From Raillietiella orientalis (Eukaryota): a stretch of DNA of 64,000 nucleotides. This document shows, one piece after another, positions 14,230 to 27,900 of this stretch (position 1 is the first letter of the stretch; each line of letters starts with the position of its first letter). The position numbers and the translations under genes were made by a program. Below the pieces are notes generated by a model. That model did not search any database. It was given only the letters and a program-made list of their open reading frames with translations, and was not told the DNA's origin. The stretch lies in contig JAYWIR010000033.1 of assembly GCA_036172245.1 (NCBI GenBank), positions 1,054,001-1,118,000 on the forward strand, given 5' to 3'.

Positions 14230-15600
14230 GCGTGCCCCCGAGTACTGTTTAGGCATTCACAACCTTCGAACCTTCGAGAATTCTGTGTACCATGGACGTG
14301 GAGAGACGAGGACAAATCAAGATCAGGAACAGATACCGAAAGCCTGCCTCAGCATTGAGCCACTGGATCAAATAACAGTATGAGCTTGTCCGCACCGTGA
14401 GCGTTTTCAGTAATCCCATCCAGGGTTTTATTTTGCGTGTTCCTCACACGGAGGCACTAAACTTAGCACGAGGTCATCATCAAGTCCGAGGAGAGATTCC
14501 TGGTTGTTGGTCTGCAAGATCCTATTCCGGCTGCCTCGTTCAGTCCGAAACGTCCGTGAGAGTCCCCACAAATTTCGTTGCAGGTTGATGACAGCAACAT
14601 CCGAAACGGGCAAGCGTTTGCGAGGATTCGGATCTGTTGCTGCTGGAACGAGTAGTGAGGGCCTGCCCTTAGGGACTACAGAGGCTGGCGAATGATAAGT
14701 CCTGCAGGACGCATCACTCGGCAACTTGGACGAGCCACGAGACTGAGGTGTGGCTGCCTCCATTCAGAAGCTGCATTGGCCTTCCTCTTGAAATGAGAAA
14801 TAAACTACGACTGCATCTCGTTGGAAGCTGAAAGTCAGTTAGGTGAGGATCACCACTCAGCCTTTGATGGCAAAAAGTAATATGTCTGTCAGATGGTTGG
14901 CAGACTGGAGGGTGAGGGATGGTGTGCATTTGATTTGGCAGTTGCCCTCTTAGAGTTCGGCCACCCGTCGAATTAGTTGGGGGATGGGTTAAGAAATGCA
15001 GGTCAAAAAATTGGAAAATTGCCTGAAGCATTCTGGAATTTCGATTTCGCGGCTTCCTCTCCGCCAGCAACTTAGCAGTATTTAGTTAATTTGAATCTGG
15101 AGATCAGAGGCTCGCGTCATAGTAATACGCAGCTACTGCTGAGCTACTGATTCTAAACTCTCTCTAAATCCCTTTTACAAGCCTGCTACGAGTTCATTCA
15201 TGCTCCTCACAGAGGCCACGTCAGAAACAGGGAGATGACGTCACGATCGACTCGACCCTGCGCGAGGAAGGTACGAGATTTTCGTTCTGGGCACCTGCGA
15301 CCCCAACCGCCATTTGGAAACGAATTTCGAGGGTGGCCCAACCTGTTGAAAAGATCGCCGGGTTCCCGAATCTAATGGAGAGTTGAGCATCCGAGAAAGA
15401 AGGAAGGAAGGACTGTGGTGGGATCACTCGCTCGGCCTGCGAATGTTTTCGGGACAGTGCAGGAATCGGGGAACATCATCACACTAAGGAATCCCTCCTT
15501 TAGGTTCCCCACTCGACTGAAAACGGCACTCTTCACCACCTGGATCACATCGTGCCTCAACCGCACAGCAATCAAAAGCTTCATTAAGCTTCACAGTTGT
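14230..15600 (-). pseudogene. Highly decayed RT and possible APE C-terminus of a LINE; may be the 5' part of the 11780-13330 copy
   Basis: HITFC..GDPHLTDFQLP, VVPKGRP, VAVINLQR and HGADKLILLF occur in RT motif order. Confidence 0.4.
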
Positions 15601-16599
15601 GAAAGCACGTGCGCGAAGCTCTGTGACGTAAAGAAAGCATTTCTTGCGCCATTCCAGCTTTCTGAGGGAGTCCTAACTGAGGAAAGCCAATTCCAAATTG
15701 GTGCGCACCTTACTGGAAAAGGAGTTTCATTAGTGCTCTTTGCTTAAGCCAAGGAAAATTTCACTTTCATTGGTGAGTCAGCAGGGATGCTCGGCGAGAT
15801 CGTTCATAAAAATCGGAGAGCCCCAATCCGGGCCATCACACGAAAAGTCTTCACGAAGCACGAAACTGACTGAAGCCGGCAGACGTCTTTTAGGGGAACT
15901 TCCCGGCCATTAATGAAGCACCGCGGTGATTTCTTAGCTTCAGGCGTCACTTTTGGGAGCAGAAAGTAAGAAAAAACACGTACGCAGACGCTTGGGGAAA
16001 CCTTCGAGGATTTGGCGGGAGGAGGGTGTCTCTCGAGAACTGGATTCTCTTGCTTCATCTTCAGCATCCAGCCATTCCGTCAACGGAGCAGTCTGCCCGG
16101 CTTCGTAGAGAAGACGTCATCTTCGCTTCTTCCTGCTCTCCGTGCCTCGGCCGCCTCAGACAACGCAAAGGCGGCGAATCCTTCGTAGAGCTGCCGAACG
16201 CAGTCTGCAGCCACCGGACTTCTTGAAGCCCCCCCCCCCCGACTCCCTCCCCCGCGGAGATGGAGCGCCCTTGCGCGCGCCTATTTTGCACGCTGACTTC
16301 CTCCTGCCCGGCGCCATGCCGCTCGTGCTCTTGCGCGCGGCTTGCGCTCAGCCGCCGTCGCCACCTCCGACTCGGAAAGGGCTTCCCCGAGCGTGGCTGC
16401 GAGACAAATGACGCTCCTCGAGATGGAGGCGGCGCCTCTTTCGCTCTTGCCAGCTTCGATCCCCTCCCCGACCCCCCGGGCTCGCTGCCATCTCCGCGCT
16501 CGTGTCCCGGGACCACCAAAGTCTTTCTCTGGCCCCATCTTGCTGTGTCTTCCGCAGTCTGTTGATGGGATCGCATCTCCCGGGGCGTCACGCGAAACG

Positions 16600-17230
16600 C
16601 AGGGATTCCAGGCTTGGCTTCAGTGCCCTCTGTCCCGCTCGCAGCGGCTCCGGGACCCTGGAGGACTCTGCTCCGGCGACCAAGGTCCAGCAAGCGCTGA
16701 AGAACCGTTCGCCTTCGCTAGGAGGGGGGGGGGGACCGCAAAGTTCTCTTTCGCACTGCCCATGCAGCCCGAGGGCGCGCGTAACTCTTGTTCAAGTTGT
16801 AGGGGGTCGGCACCCCATGAATCGAGGAAAGCTCCGTAGAAGCAATGCGTTGCTCTCCTACTTTTGGAACCCGGAAAAGATCCACTGCTGGTTTCCTCCT
16901 CTGAAGAGAATCCCGAAGGGACGCCTCGCACTTTCTCTGGAGGGCGCTCGCCGAAGGGAGCGGAGCGCTTCTCTGGGGAGAGGCAGCGTGGTTGCCAAGC
17001 AGCTGCATGGTACGCGGTGGACGGCTGCGTTTCCAGAACCCGAAAAGGAACCCGGAAGAGCTCGTCGTGGCTTCCGGGAAGGACGGCTGATGGTCAGCTC
17101 GGCCGGTCAGCGGGGGCACGCGGGTTCGATGGGCCAACCAGGTCATTCGATGGGCAGGGAGGACTGTCGGAAACGCAGGGACGCACCCCCATTTCGGGGC
17201 GAGAATCGTTCCCCGGATTCGAACGCGCAG
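16600..17230 (+). repeat. Dispersed RT-like subfamily, copy A
   Basis: Shares DNA blocks (gctgaagaaccgttcg, ccatgaat..ggaa, ctgaagagaa..aagggA, catggta, ggaaggac, cagcgggg) with 44900-45620, 52820-53500 and 24290-24560. Confidence 0.7.
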
Positions 17231-17865
17231 CTGCTCGCGAGGACGTCAGGCATGCGGGCCACGACGCTTGGTACCAAGGTCGAGGGAGAGGCTCGGCGCA
17301 AGGTCACGGTTCGGTACTGGCGCAGCAGGCGAGGGAAGCGCCGCCGCCTGGTTCGGTAAGTGCGGCTCTTTTGGCTGCAGTGCGGTGCGCGTGAGCAGGA
17401 AGGTGAGGTGCGCGCGTTCCTGCTCGGCTTCTCCAGGGAAACGGGCGCCTGCGTTGTCACGGCGACCGGCGTGGTCGCGTGATTTTGCTGCGGCCGGCTG
17501 CCCCACGTGCGTGTGGACTTTCGGGAAGCCGAGTGCGTGAGCGGGGGACGAGGAACTGTTGCACGCCATGTTGCTGGTCCAGTCCGGCGCGGTGGTGTGG
17601 TGCGGAGTTCGTTTCCTCGGAAACGGCGAACCGGGGACGACGCCAAGCAGTGACTTTAAGCCCCGGAGTGCTGTCTCTTGGTAACTGCGCCCTTTGCTGC
17701 GGTAGTGATTTCTTCCGCTTCCTGGCCCGAAATCTATGGAGATTTTTTTTTTTTTTTTTTTCTTTTGATCATTTTCTTCTGCGAGCGGGCAGTCAAGGAT
17801 CGTGGGGTCCGAGATCGCATCTATTAAGGTATTCATTTTCCACATTTTCCACTAATTGGTTGGCT

Positions 17866-17899
<34 letters not shown>

Positions 17900-20800
17900 G
17901 AGTTGCTCGCTCTTTGATCTCTTCTATCGTGACGCCTATGGAAGCGGACTTTCGGGAACTGGCGTAAATTACTCTCGAGATCTTTCCTTGTCGACTTTTG
18001 ACGTTTCTCAGTGGAATTTTCAGAAGGGGGAGGAGGTGTGTGTGAGTGTGTGGGGGGGGGGGGGGAAGGGTGCAGTAGAAGTGATCGGAGGAGAGGGCTC
18101 GGCTCTCCGAAAAGCGTTGCGAAGGTTCCCCCTGCCCGGTGCGTTTTTCCATCCGACCCACTCCCGAGTGCCACCGAAACCCCATACATTAATTTAACGA
18201 GAAAGGCGACATCCCAAGAGCGCCTTCGGACTTGGGAGGAAGCGTCCGAAAGAGGCGCGCGGCAAGTGGTGGCAGGGCCACCTCCAGAGGCGTGGTACGA
18301 AAGCAGCATGCTGCCGGAAGGAGCGAAGCTGATTAGAGGGATGAGGAGGTCGTAGGTAGCACCCAATGAATATTCACGCTTACCCTTCCCCCCATTGCAG
18401 CTCGTCGCGGCGGCAGCGGCGACTCCTGCCTGAGCGCTTCGGTCGGAGTGGACAAACTGACCGGCGAGCGGTCGTCGGTTTTCGCGCGGCCGGTAGGCAG
18501 CGCTGAAGGGTTTTCGCAGCGATCTTCCCGAGCCACCTCACCATCTCTGCCTCCCGTTGGAAACTCTCGCTGACGGTTGCCCATGACAGTGCCGCTCATA
18601 AATATGAATGGCTTTTTGTGCCGGGAATATATTATTGGCAACCTTGATAATTATCGAAATGCGCCCTTGGGAATCCATCTTGGTTCCCTGAAACGCTGAC
18701 GGTGGCGGTCTGACCATGCATCAGCAGGGAAAGTGCATCGCCCAAGAGGAACGTGGAAGAGTGCGCAGGAAGAACCGCCGTGAATCCGTGGCGGTGCGCA
18801 CACGCAGAGAGGCCCGGCGGACGATTTGTCCGATTGGGGACGCATGAGCAGCTCTAAAACCAGACGTTTTCCTTTTCTTCTTTTTGCCCCCGCCCCCCCT
18901 AGATTTATTATGGATGCGGTGATCTTCAGTGGAGAAGTTCAGTTGAGATGACGAGAGGCAGTAGCCGCCTACGTTCCGTACCTTCTTCCCAATATGGTTC
19001 TTTCTCGACGATGCGCGCGCGCTGAGTTTTCCACGACTGTGACGCAACCTTTTTTCCGAGCTCACCCCCAACACTGTCCCCAGCCCGACCAGCGGAGGGG
19101 TTAGCAAATTCACCCCTTACACTTTAACAGCTCAGAACACTTCCAGATGCTGTTCGCATCTTCTTTAGTGGGGGGCCAGAGATGGTTTCAACTGTTTGGA
19201 CGCACCCTTCGATTTTCTTCAAAATGTATCTATCGGTACGTCCAGGCCGGAATTCTGCCACAGTTCCCAATCCCTATTAACCTTCCGTAATAATCTCTGA
19301 GGACTTCCGTTGCTGGTGTTCCTCGCTGGGTGTTTTGCAGTTTCGCTCTTGCCACAACTGCAGTGGACGAGTGTGGTTCGTACCGTCGGGTTGTACAGAG
19401 GTACGTTTCCCATCCCCCTGAACCGATCCCGACAGAATTCCCAGTTCAGTTTTGTCCCGTAGGTCAGTCGCTGCCTTTGTCGCTTGCCAGTCCGGTGGTG
19501 AACACACAAAGCTGCGTCTCCTGGGCTCCACACGCCTTGCAGTCCATCCTGGTCGTTCCCGGTCCAGCGTCGCATCCTGGAACCACTTAGGATGCCTCCA
19601 TGATAGGACAGCAGGAAGTCATCCTGAGTGAGAAGGTCACCCCTCCGGAGTGCAGAAGACCCGACGCTTGCGTGTGCAAGTCCGTGGCGACTGGAAGCTG
19701 CATCGAGAGCGTCGCAGTCTTGATGCTTCTTCCAGATGACTTCTTTTATGTTAGCTTTGGTCCACGCACCAAACCTCACCAAACTTTGCTCCCTCCCTCT
19801 TGCGCTCCCGTGATCTGCTGCGAAGCGAGTCGCTTTTCAACTTTCCGGTCTCCCTGGAGATATTCAGATGGAGGAATCATACTACTCACATTCGAGATCT
19901 TTGCCTACATACGTGAGAAAGCACGAAACTGCGGAGGAACGGAGTTGGACGCTGCTGGAAGTTGGAACGCGCACAAACCCTAACCGCACAAGAGTGAAGA
20001 AGACGTCCGAAAGGGGAATGAGGGAGCAGCGTGCGTCTGCTGGCATCTACGCAGCAGCGGCGCAAGGAAAAAAGATCGATCCCTTTCTAATAATACCCGG
20101 AAGGTCCAGAGGATAGCTGAAGATAATAACAGTCTTCGCTGAGTTCTCTGCTGAGGTCACCAGCATCTCTGTCCGAGAAAAGGCATGATGCAGATAACAC
20201 CACAATATAGTGAGCGTGTTCCTAACCATACATCTTCAGGAACCAACTCAGGCAAGGTATTAGTGGTATAAGAATGAGGGCTGCACCTCTGGATGTCTCC
20301 GCGAGCGTGCCGGGTCCGTTGCGGCTGCGCAAATGATGCGGCAAAGGTGAGATCAAATTCGCGAGACAACGGATGAGATTTACCTTACATCTGCGGATAA
20401 AGATGAAGTCCAAGACATCTGAAACCTGCTAGGAAAAAAGAAAGAAAGAAAAAGAATTCTGCCGCTTGCCAGTCTATCAAAATTTTCCGCAGGTCTGCTC
20501 TTCCGGCTGCTGGACCGAATACAGGTGCCACGGAACTCTCTGCCTTTACGAACGTGCGGTGTTCGAACTGAAAGAGGTACAGGCGATACGTCACATGAAG
20601 CTGCGACTCGAGAGGAGTGTGACATTGCTGTACGTTCGAGGGAGACTCATTGCATCACATACCGATCACATGCCAAAGGGCTGGCCTTTCCTCATCTGAA
20701 ATGCAACTCGCGGAGACGACGCACGTGAAGCTTCTGGAAACCCTCCAAGCGTCGGAGCACTTTGGTTTCGGATGCGGATGGACCACGGAAACCATCCAGG

Positions 20801-23689
20801 GAATCTCGCGGCGCGGGAAAAGAAATCGAAACCACCTGCCGAAGAATGGGATCACAAACTCGGAGCACCGCGGGTCCTCACGAAAAGTTCGCCAGCCTTT
20901 TCCGAGTGACGTTACTCGCCGCATTCAGGAAAAAAGTCACGGCTGCCACCGCAACGCGAGGTTCCCACGTGTGACGAAGCGCGCACGGCTGACGTGTGTC
21001 GTCACGAGGAGGCCCGGAGCGAACAGCCCGAGATGGAACGCGCGCCCTGTGCTGCCGTGCGTCATGACGTGCGCTGTGCTTTGGCCGTTCTCAAAAGCGA
21101 CGGCCACGGAATTCCTTGGAGCTGTTGGCATCCTTTGCAACGAAACGACGCACCGCGCGGGGGATTCAAGATGGCAGGGGGAAAAACGGACCGTACCCTT
21201 CTTCCCCTTCCCCCCGAAAGGGTGGAGGGAAGTGTGGAGCAGTGACATCTTGGATCCATCGGTCCAGTTTCGGTTTTCAAGGCAGCATCGGTAGCACCAG
21301 GAGCTGAAGAAGAAGTTCACCCGCATCGTGAGAAACGCCTTGTTTGCAGTGAGGAAGCGTTCTTGCAAGGAGTCCCGCTGGAAACACACACAAAGACCCA
21401 GGCATGGGAGATGGGGGAACACACGCACGCACGTACAGAGAAAAAAAAAAAAATCTAAATATTTGTATTGGTAAGGTCTTTGACTCGAGGACCTTGTTTG
21501 CTCGTTACCCGACTGGGAATCGGGAGTAGGAAGCTTTCGGCGAATCCACTCTTCCGTTCTTCCCGTTTTCCTGAGCAGCCAATCTCGAAGCGCTCACAGA
21601 GCCCGCTTAACAAATTTCGCTCATAAAGGGGGCAAAGAAGTATCAAGACGACAAGCCAGGGGGAAGTTCCCCTCCTCCTTCAGACCGTAATAACAAAATA
21701 AAAATAAAAAAAAAAGCCATGAAGAAAATAAGACGGTCGGCCGGGAATCCTTCATGCGACACGGATCCCTGCCCCCCCCCTATTCACATACAAGTGGGTT
21801 TCATAATTTTCAGTCACATCCGTCTGTCCGTTTTGCATTTCTTCTTCTGTGCTTCCAAAATCTGCGTGTGTTTTAAGGGGGGGGGGGGGAAGCCAAAAAA
21901 CGAAAATTGCAAGAGAGCTGCAAATCGGCTTCCTATTTTATTGTGTGGAAGAGTGAATCTTCGACTCCGAAAAAACGCCAACTCGAAAGCTGCTGAAAGC
22001 CGAAAGAGGGAAACGAAGGAAAAAGAGAAAACCGCAAGCCGAACGCGTTCTTCTTCTGCAGCATCCTCGATGTTATGATTGCAACAGTTTATTCAACCAC
22101 GGGGGAAACTGCCGGGAAGCAAGAGCGCCTCTCTCTTCCCCCCCTCTCTTTTTTTTTTGTTTTTTATTGCAGAGCCGTCGAGCTACCTCAACTACGCATC
22201 TCCTCATCCCTGGGTCAAGAGCTGGGCCTTCGAAAGACTCCGCGGATCCGCGACGTGGCTGTAAATCAGTTCAGGTGCGTCGGTAGGTGGGAGCGTTTCG
22301 GTTGCGAAGTTGTGGTCCACGGGCGCTGCACTATCTCTGGCGTGCCGTTTCGCCGCGACCGGCCGTCCCCCACGGCGGTGCCACCCCTTCGAAGACGAGA
22401 AGGACGTCCAGTGCTGCCTTCCGTCGTCCGGACCGGAGCCACGGTGGCGCACCCGCTCTTCCCAGGAGGCTGCGCCAATGTCGTCTTCCCCGTCTTCCGT
22501 CAGGAAGGGGGACCCTCCCTTCCCCCCCTCCCTGATAAACAAGGATTCCTGACGGAACGTTGCCGTGCAACGGGGAAAAATTCTCTTCGGAGCTGCTGCC
22601 CGCGCCCATCTCGGGCGTCTCTCTCTGAGGACAAAGATGAATGCGTAGTTGCCTTCCAAATGTTATCGAACTTCCTCCTCGCCAAGTTGCAGCGAAGCTG
22701 CGAGTTCTCGTTTCCCGAGAGCGCCGCTGCTGACCCTGCCCGATCTCAGGGAGCAATGCGTGGAACTGTCGTCGCGAGTTTCAATTAAAAGGCCTCCCCC
22801 GTCCTCCCCTTACAGTCGTGGTGACGTCACGACGACGGGTGAAATACTGCCCTTCCTTCTTTTCTTTTCTTTTTTCTTTTTTTTTTATCGAGATCCACCT
22901 TTTCTATTCTCGCGCGTTTTCCAGCGCGCGTGCGCGCCCGCAAGGGTGGTCAGCGGATTCCCGCTTGGCAGGCGGAGAGCAAAACAAACAAACGGAAACC
23001 GAAAAGGAGAAACTGAAATCTTGGACCTGCTCTCTCGGGTGGCGTTTCCGCGGGCGCGCGCCGGCGCCAGCGGGCGGTCCGCTCTTCAGTTCGCGCGGCG
23101 GCGAAACTTCCCGGTGCGTCGTCGTACGCCATCAGGCGGGAAACGTGGTTCTCCCGTTCCTGTGCGTGAGGCCACGTCTCGTGCCCGCCGCCCCTGCGCC
23201 GGTCGGGAATGGAACAGGGCGGCTGCCCGGCGGTCGGACACCGAAGACGAGGGAAAAGAAAAAGTCGGCAGGGGAAACCTGCAGTTCCTCCCTGGTCCCT
23301 CTTCCTTGCCTGTCCCGACCGTGTCGTGGACCACTCTTCTTCGGCACATTCGAAGACGCCCTCGGGGTCCTCCCGTTTAGCCTGGTCGCTCACCCACGCC
23401 CCGACACCGCTTCGGATCCCGGCCGTTTCCGTTGTCGCGTGGCGCCTCCCCGGAAGGCGAACGACGTCCTGGAGTCGTCACTGCCGCCCACGGGCTCTTC
23501 CTCGCCCTTCGCTTGGCCCGTTCCTTCAGAAAGAAGGAAGAAGCGCTGTTGGCTTGAGACTCGCGGACGGAGGCGTTCCCTGAACGAGGACGAGGACTCT
23601 GAGCCCGCGCGGGCAGCCGTGCGGCTGCGGCGCGATCTGCACGCGGTGCCAAGCGCCACGGGTTCGAATCCCACGAGGGAAATGGGTGC

Positions 23690-24014
23690 CGAGTCTCCCA
23701 CGCACGGGACATGGTGTGTGTGTGTGGATCTGAACTGCTCCGGGTGCGCAAGGAGGGAAACCCTCCCGCATCTGCTTGTGGATCGTGCTGCCCCCCGGCC
23801 CCTCTGGGAACGCCTTGCCGTGACCCTAGCAGCCCCCCGGCGGCAACTCAAGCGACGCTTTCAGACCCCTCTTCACCTCTTCACCCTCGAAGCACTTCGG
23901 CCGGCAGCCTCCCTCGCAGTTCTGTGCCGCCTACGCAGGATCGTTGCCTCTTGGAGCGGCACTGGAAAAAGACATAGCGACAGGGGTGCCACATCCATTT
24001 CGCCGTCCGCTTAG
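23690..24014 (+). mobile_element. L1/Tx1-like ORF2 C-terminal zinc-finger fragment
   Basis: NCSGCARRETLPHLLVDRAAPRPLWERLA in ORF 22818..24014. Confidence 0.7.
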
Positions 24015-24289
24015 TGAAGATGGCAACGCGATGGCTCCACTTGCACATCCCAATAAAGCAAAAGCCTGCCGGCATCCTGCAGAGGATGCACAGCATCGCC
24101 ACCAGCAGGACATGACCTCACCGCTTTGCGAACTGGCAACCCGGCAGGCTCATAGCAAAAAGCGCGTGGTTGGACCGCCGGTCTAACCACAGTTCTCTGT
24201 TGGTATTTCTTTCTCATTGAAATAAAGTCTCCGGAGCACCCGGGTGAGAATTGAGAATCGGATCCCCCACGCAGGATGGCGCTGGCTGG

Positions 24290-24560
24290 CCTACGGTCTT
24301 CGGGCATGGCACTAATGGAAGCAGCCGGATGCTCCCCTTGACTGGCCGAGGTTGGAAGTTTACCCTCCGCGATCCTTCCAGGAATCAAGGAGAGCCGGTT
24401 CCCTCCTGAGAAGGAACGAGGAGCGGCTCTCACAAACCGGGAGGTTTCTCCGGAGGGAACAAGGAAGGAGTGGCTTCACTTCCGAGTTCTCTCCCAAATC
24501 GTGAGGGGACGCACTCCTTCCTCCGTAGCCTTCCTGGATTCATAGGGTGGTTCCATAGAG
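24290..24560 (-). repeat. Dispersed RT-like subfamily, copy B (internally deleted)
   Basis: The reverse complement gives HPMNPGR, and tccttgattcctggaagga..aacttccaacctcggccagtca matches 45448-45500. Confidence 0.7.
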
Positions 24561-24929
24561 AACCACCCAATGAATCCACCCTGTGAATCCGCCCTGCGAA
24601 TCCACTTTCAAGTTATAGGGTGCTACCCAGCATAACTAAAGAGTTGCCCTCGTGTGTTGTGAACAGTCCTGAAGAGCTTTCGAGGACCAAGGGAGGCGAA
24701 CGTGCATTCAGAGAACCAAAAAGCAAAACAGATGTGGGACTCCAAGCTGGATGCGCAGCATCTTCGGAAGTTCCATACAGTGGATCGGGTTAGCTTGTGC
24801 CCAGGATCAGGCGAGCCTCAAGGAACCATGCGCGTGTGGTGTGCTCGGGGTGTGACCTGCGATGAGGTGAACTCTCCCCCTTCCTTGCGACCCGTCCTAG
24901 GATCGGTGAAAGAGTCCCGGAAGCTGTGC

Positions 24930-27900
24930 TCGCCTCAGCTCTCCCGGTTCCCCCGAAAAAGGGCGAGCATGGATCTGCCCCATGGATCTTTGCTAAGGGG
25001 AGGGTGAAAGGACATGGGCATAGAGGAGGAGGCAGATGTCTGTTTGACAGGAAAAATGATGGAAATTTCCGGTTCGTCTTTGAGTTCCAGCGAGGCCTCT
25101 CCGGGGATGCCCGGAAGCGGCTAGTGAAGCCTCGCGTGATGAGAAAAGAAGCTGTTTCTGGAACCTCCGTAAACGTCACGGGTGCTTGCGCCCCTGCCAG
25201 AAGACGAGGGTTCACCCCAGGGCATCGGTCGCAGGGGTCGCAGATAAAGAGGATTCTGCGACCGAAGCGCTGAGGTGAACCCTCCTCTTCTGGTGGACGT
25301 GTTTGGCTGCTGTCGTGTCCACAGCGACGCTGACCACATCTACACGGTGACCCGGTCCTCCTCAAGTGTAAACTCGCGGGGAAAATCGATTTGAAAACGC
25401 TCGCCATGTAGTTTTGGATCCACTGATCCAATGAAGCTTATCGGCGCAGGACAAAAGATTTTGTTATCCTTTATGGGAACTGAGAAATTCGTCTTCTACT
25501 CCGGAAAGGCTGCTGAGACTGCATCTGCAAATGAAGCCCGAGCACTCGGGCCCGGGACCGGGACCTACGGTTCCAAGCATCTGCGACGGAAGGACTTTAA
25601 AAGTGGAGACGCTGGCACGGATTTCCGGTAGATGGCAGCCCTGCCTGGATAGTCTCGAAAGGGAACCCTCCGTCTTCATCAGAGGGAGGTGTGGACCAGG
25701 CTGAGCCCACGAAGAAACGCGGCTCCGAAGAGAGGGTTCCCACGAAGAGGAGTCCCTTCCCTTCCCGGAAGGAAATTCGCCGGCGGCCGCTCGCCCGTGC
25801 GCGTGCGCTACGACCGAGGAACGGCATTTTCCACTGCACTTCCAGCATCTTCGGCCGCTGCTCAGTTACTCCCCATTCCGCGCCGCGAACGGGACCATCA
25901 GTTGTTGGCACGCTTCCTGGCACGCGTTCTCGTCTGGCGCGGGGATCGAGCATACGAGAGAGAGTTCGAGGCGAAGAGATCTCCGGCTGCTCTCGGCGGC
26001 ACGCGGATCCGTCCTATGAGGAATTCGCTCCTTCCGAATAAAAAAATAAAAATTTCCAGGCTTCTGCGAAACCTGGAGCAGCCTCGCAGGGTACCCGCGC
26101 GCGCCTGGGGGTGAAGAGGAAGAGGAGAGAGTCTGGTTCGCTCCGCAATTCCAAAGTTTCTTTTGGTTGCCTCCGAGGTCGGTGTTTCGACCCCGCCGTT
26201 CTTGCGGGGCGTTTGAGCGGGTTCTCGTGACCCCGAGCTCAGCTCTAGTTGAAAGGGAGAGGCGTCGTCTTCCCGTGACATGAGGCTTCCATCCGACTCG
26301 GATCCACCACCACTGGGGCGGGAGATACGCCTCGAGCAGGTGCGGCCACCTTCGCTCGGCACCTTGAGATCTTACGGAGCCGCCTCCATGGAGACGACGA
26401 CTTCCAGCGTGCGTGGACGTGCGTGATGTAGACGGTAAGAGGAAACCACGGGTGCCTTGGAGGTCGCGGTGGATCTCCACACGGCGTTCGACTGTGTCAA
26501 CCAGGAGCTTCTTTTGAAGCTTTTGGAACGCCTCGGTCTCCCGTCGCAACTCTTAGCTTACCTGCGCTCTTGCTGGCGCCACGCGCTAACCTGCGCTTCC
26601 TTTAGAGGCTGCCACATGTACGGTATTCCCTTGCGCAGGGGCATCAGGCAGGGCGACAGCTTAAGCCCGCTACTCTTCAGCATCTTCTTCGAGTTGGTGC
26701 TGAGAGCGTACAGGCTGATGCTGGCTGACCTGAAAAGCTCCTGCCCAGGAGCGCCAGCCGTGGCCTCCTGTGCTGAAGACCTGCTTCTCCTTTTACCCAT
26801 GTCCACCCCAGCGTCCAACCTCGAGGATTTCTTCGGGCTGATTCGTCGGTGTGAGTGTCAACAGGAGCAAGAGCGTGGTCGTTCCAGTGGGTGCGTCATG
26901 AAGGGAGGGTAATGCGACTAGATCCACCTGGGGATCCTCACGGGAAGGTACTTTAAGTACCTCGGCGTTTCGTTGGGCGTCTTTGGCGCCGCCGAAGCGT
27001 GGTCGGACTGCCTTCAGAAGGCAGGGTTGGCCGTTAGCCCGTTCCTTCATGGCAAGTTCACCTTGCCGAAACGGGCAGTAATCTGAAACACCTTTGTCAT
27101 CCCTCTCCTCCAACTCCTGTTTTTTGTGTGTGAGCTTCCCTACGAGGCAAAGCAGCGGGCTCAGCTCCTGCTGAGGAACGCTCTCTGGGGACCTGCGAGG
27201 TCCAGGATCCGCCTCAAAGACTTGGTGGTTCCGCGGCGGAATGCCCGTTCGGGCATCCCGACTCTGGAATGAATCGGCTGCAAGTGCATTCCCGAATGCT
27301 GACACTCTGTGCCAAGCTGTGGACATTCCCGTTGTGTGCCCCAGCACGCATCATCTTGGGGAGACGCGCCGGAAGCAAAGGACCGTTCTCGCTGCTGCCG
27401 AGCACACACAAGAGGATGAAGGGATTCGGCTTCCCACTCAGGCAATTCGCCTCCCTAGTGAACGCCCACCGTGCATCCCCTGCCGCCCGACGAACTTCAA
27501 TGCCTGGCGGCAGGACGATGTTGAGTCCTGAGCGCATTTCAAGGAATGTGCCCTGAAGATCTTTGCCCCCCTGCGACACTTTGTTGCCTCCACCTTTGGA
27601 AGTGGCGAAGCAGGACTCGGCAAAGTGGTCGACCCTGGACGCTACGCCCCTCGCCGCAGCGCTGCCTGTCCTCAGGGCAAGAGATGACAGCAGCCTACCG
27701 ACGAGGTGGGAGTTTTCCAGCACCATCGCGGGAAAAAACAGACTTCTCGGTGTCTGGAAGACGCGTGAGTGAGTGGAAGCTGCCACTCCGCGTGCTTTGG
27801 GGAAAGGACTCCTTCGGTGGGGGGAACTTTTGGGTGTTGCCCCCGAAGAACTTGTAATCCTTCCCCATTGTGTGGACGGTTCGTTGTTCCCCCTTCCCTG

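Noticed and set aside
16502..17394. Overlapping 285-aa and 176-aa ORFs
   Set aside because: GC-rich repeat relic whose frames are not conserved between sister copies.
18300..18850. Additional RT relic (FVPG-like word at ~18617)
   Set aside because: A single short motif is too weak to list as a feature.
23600..23685. tRNA gene around GGGTTCGAATCCCAC
   Set aside because: T-arm only. I could not build acceptor, D or anticodon stems.
22818..24014. 398-aa ORF as a host gene
   Set aside because: It runs through a T-rich tract and GC-rich low-information sequence. Only the last ~100 aa are recognisable, as a LINE zinc-finger relic.
24572..24606. GAATCC(A/G)CCCTG x~3 as a CRISPR-like or regulatory array
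   Set aside because: A 13-bp tandem micro-duplication with no spacers and no cas genes.
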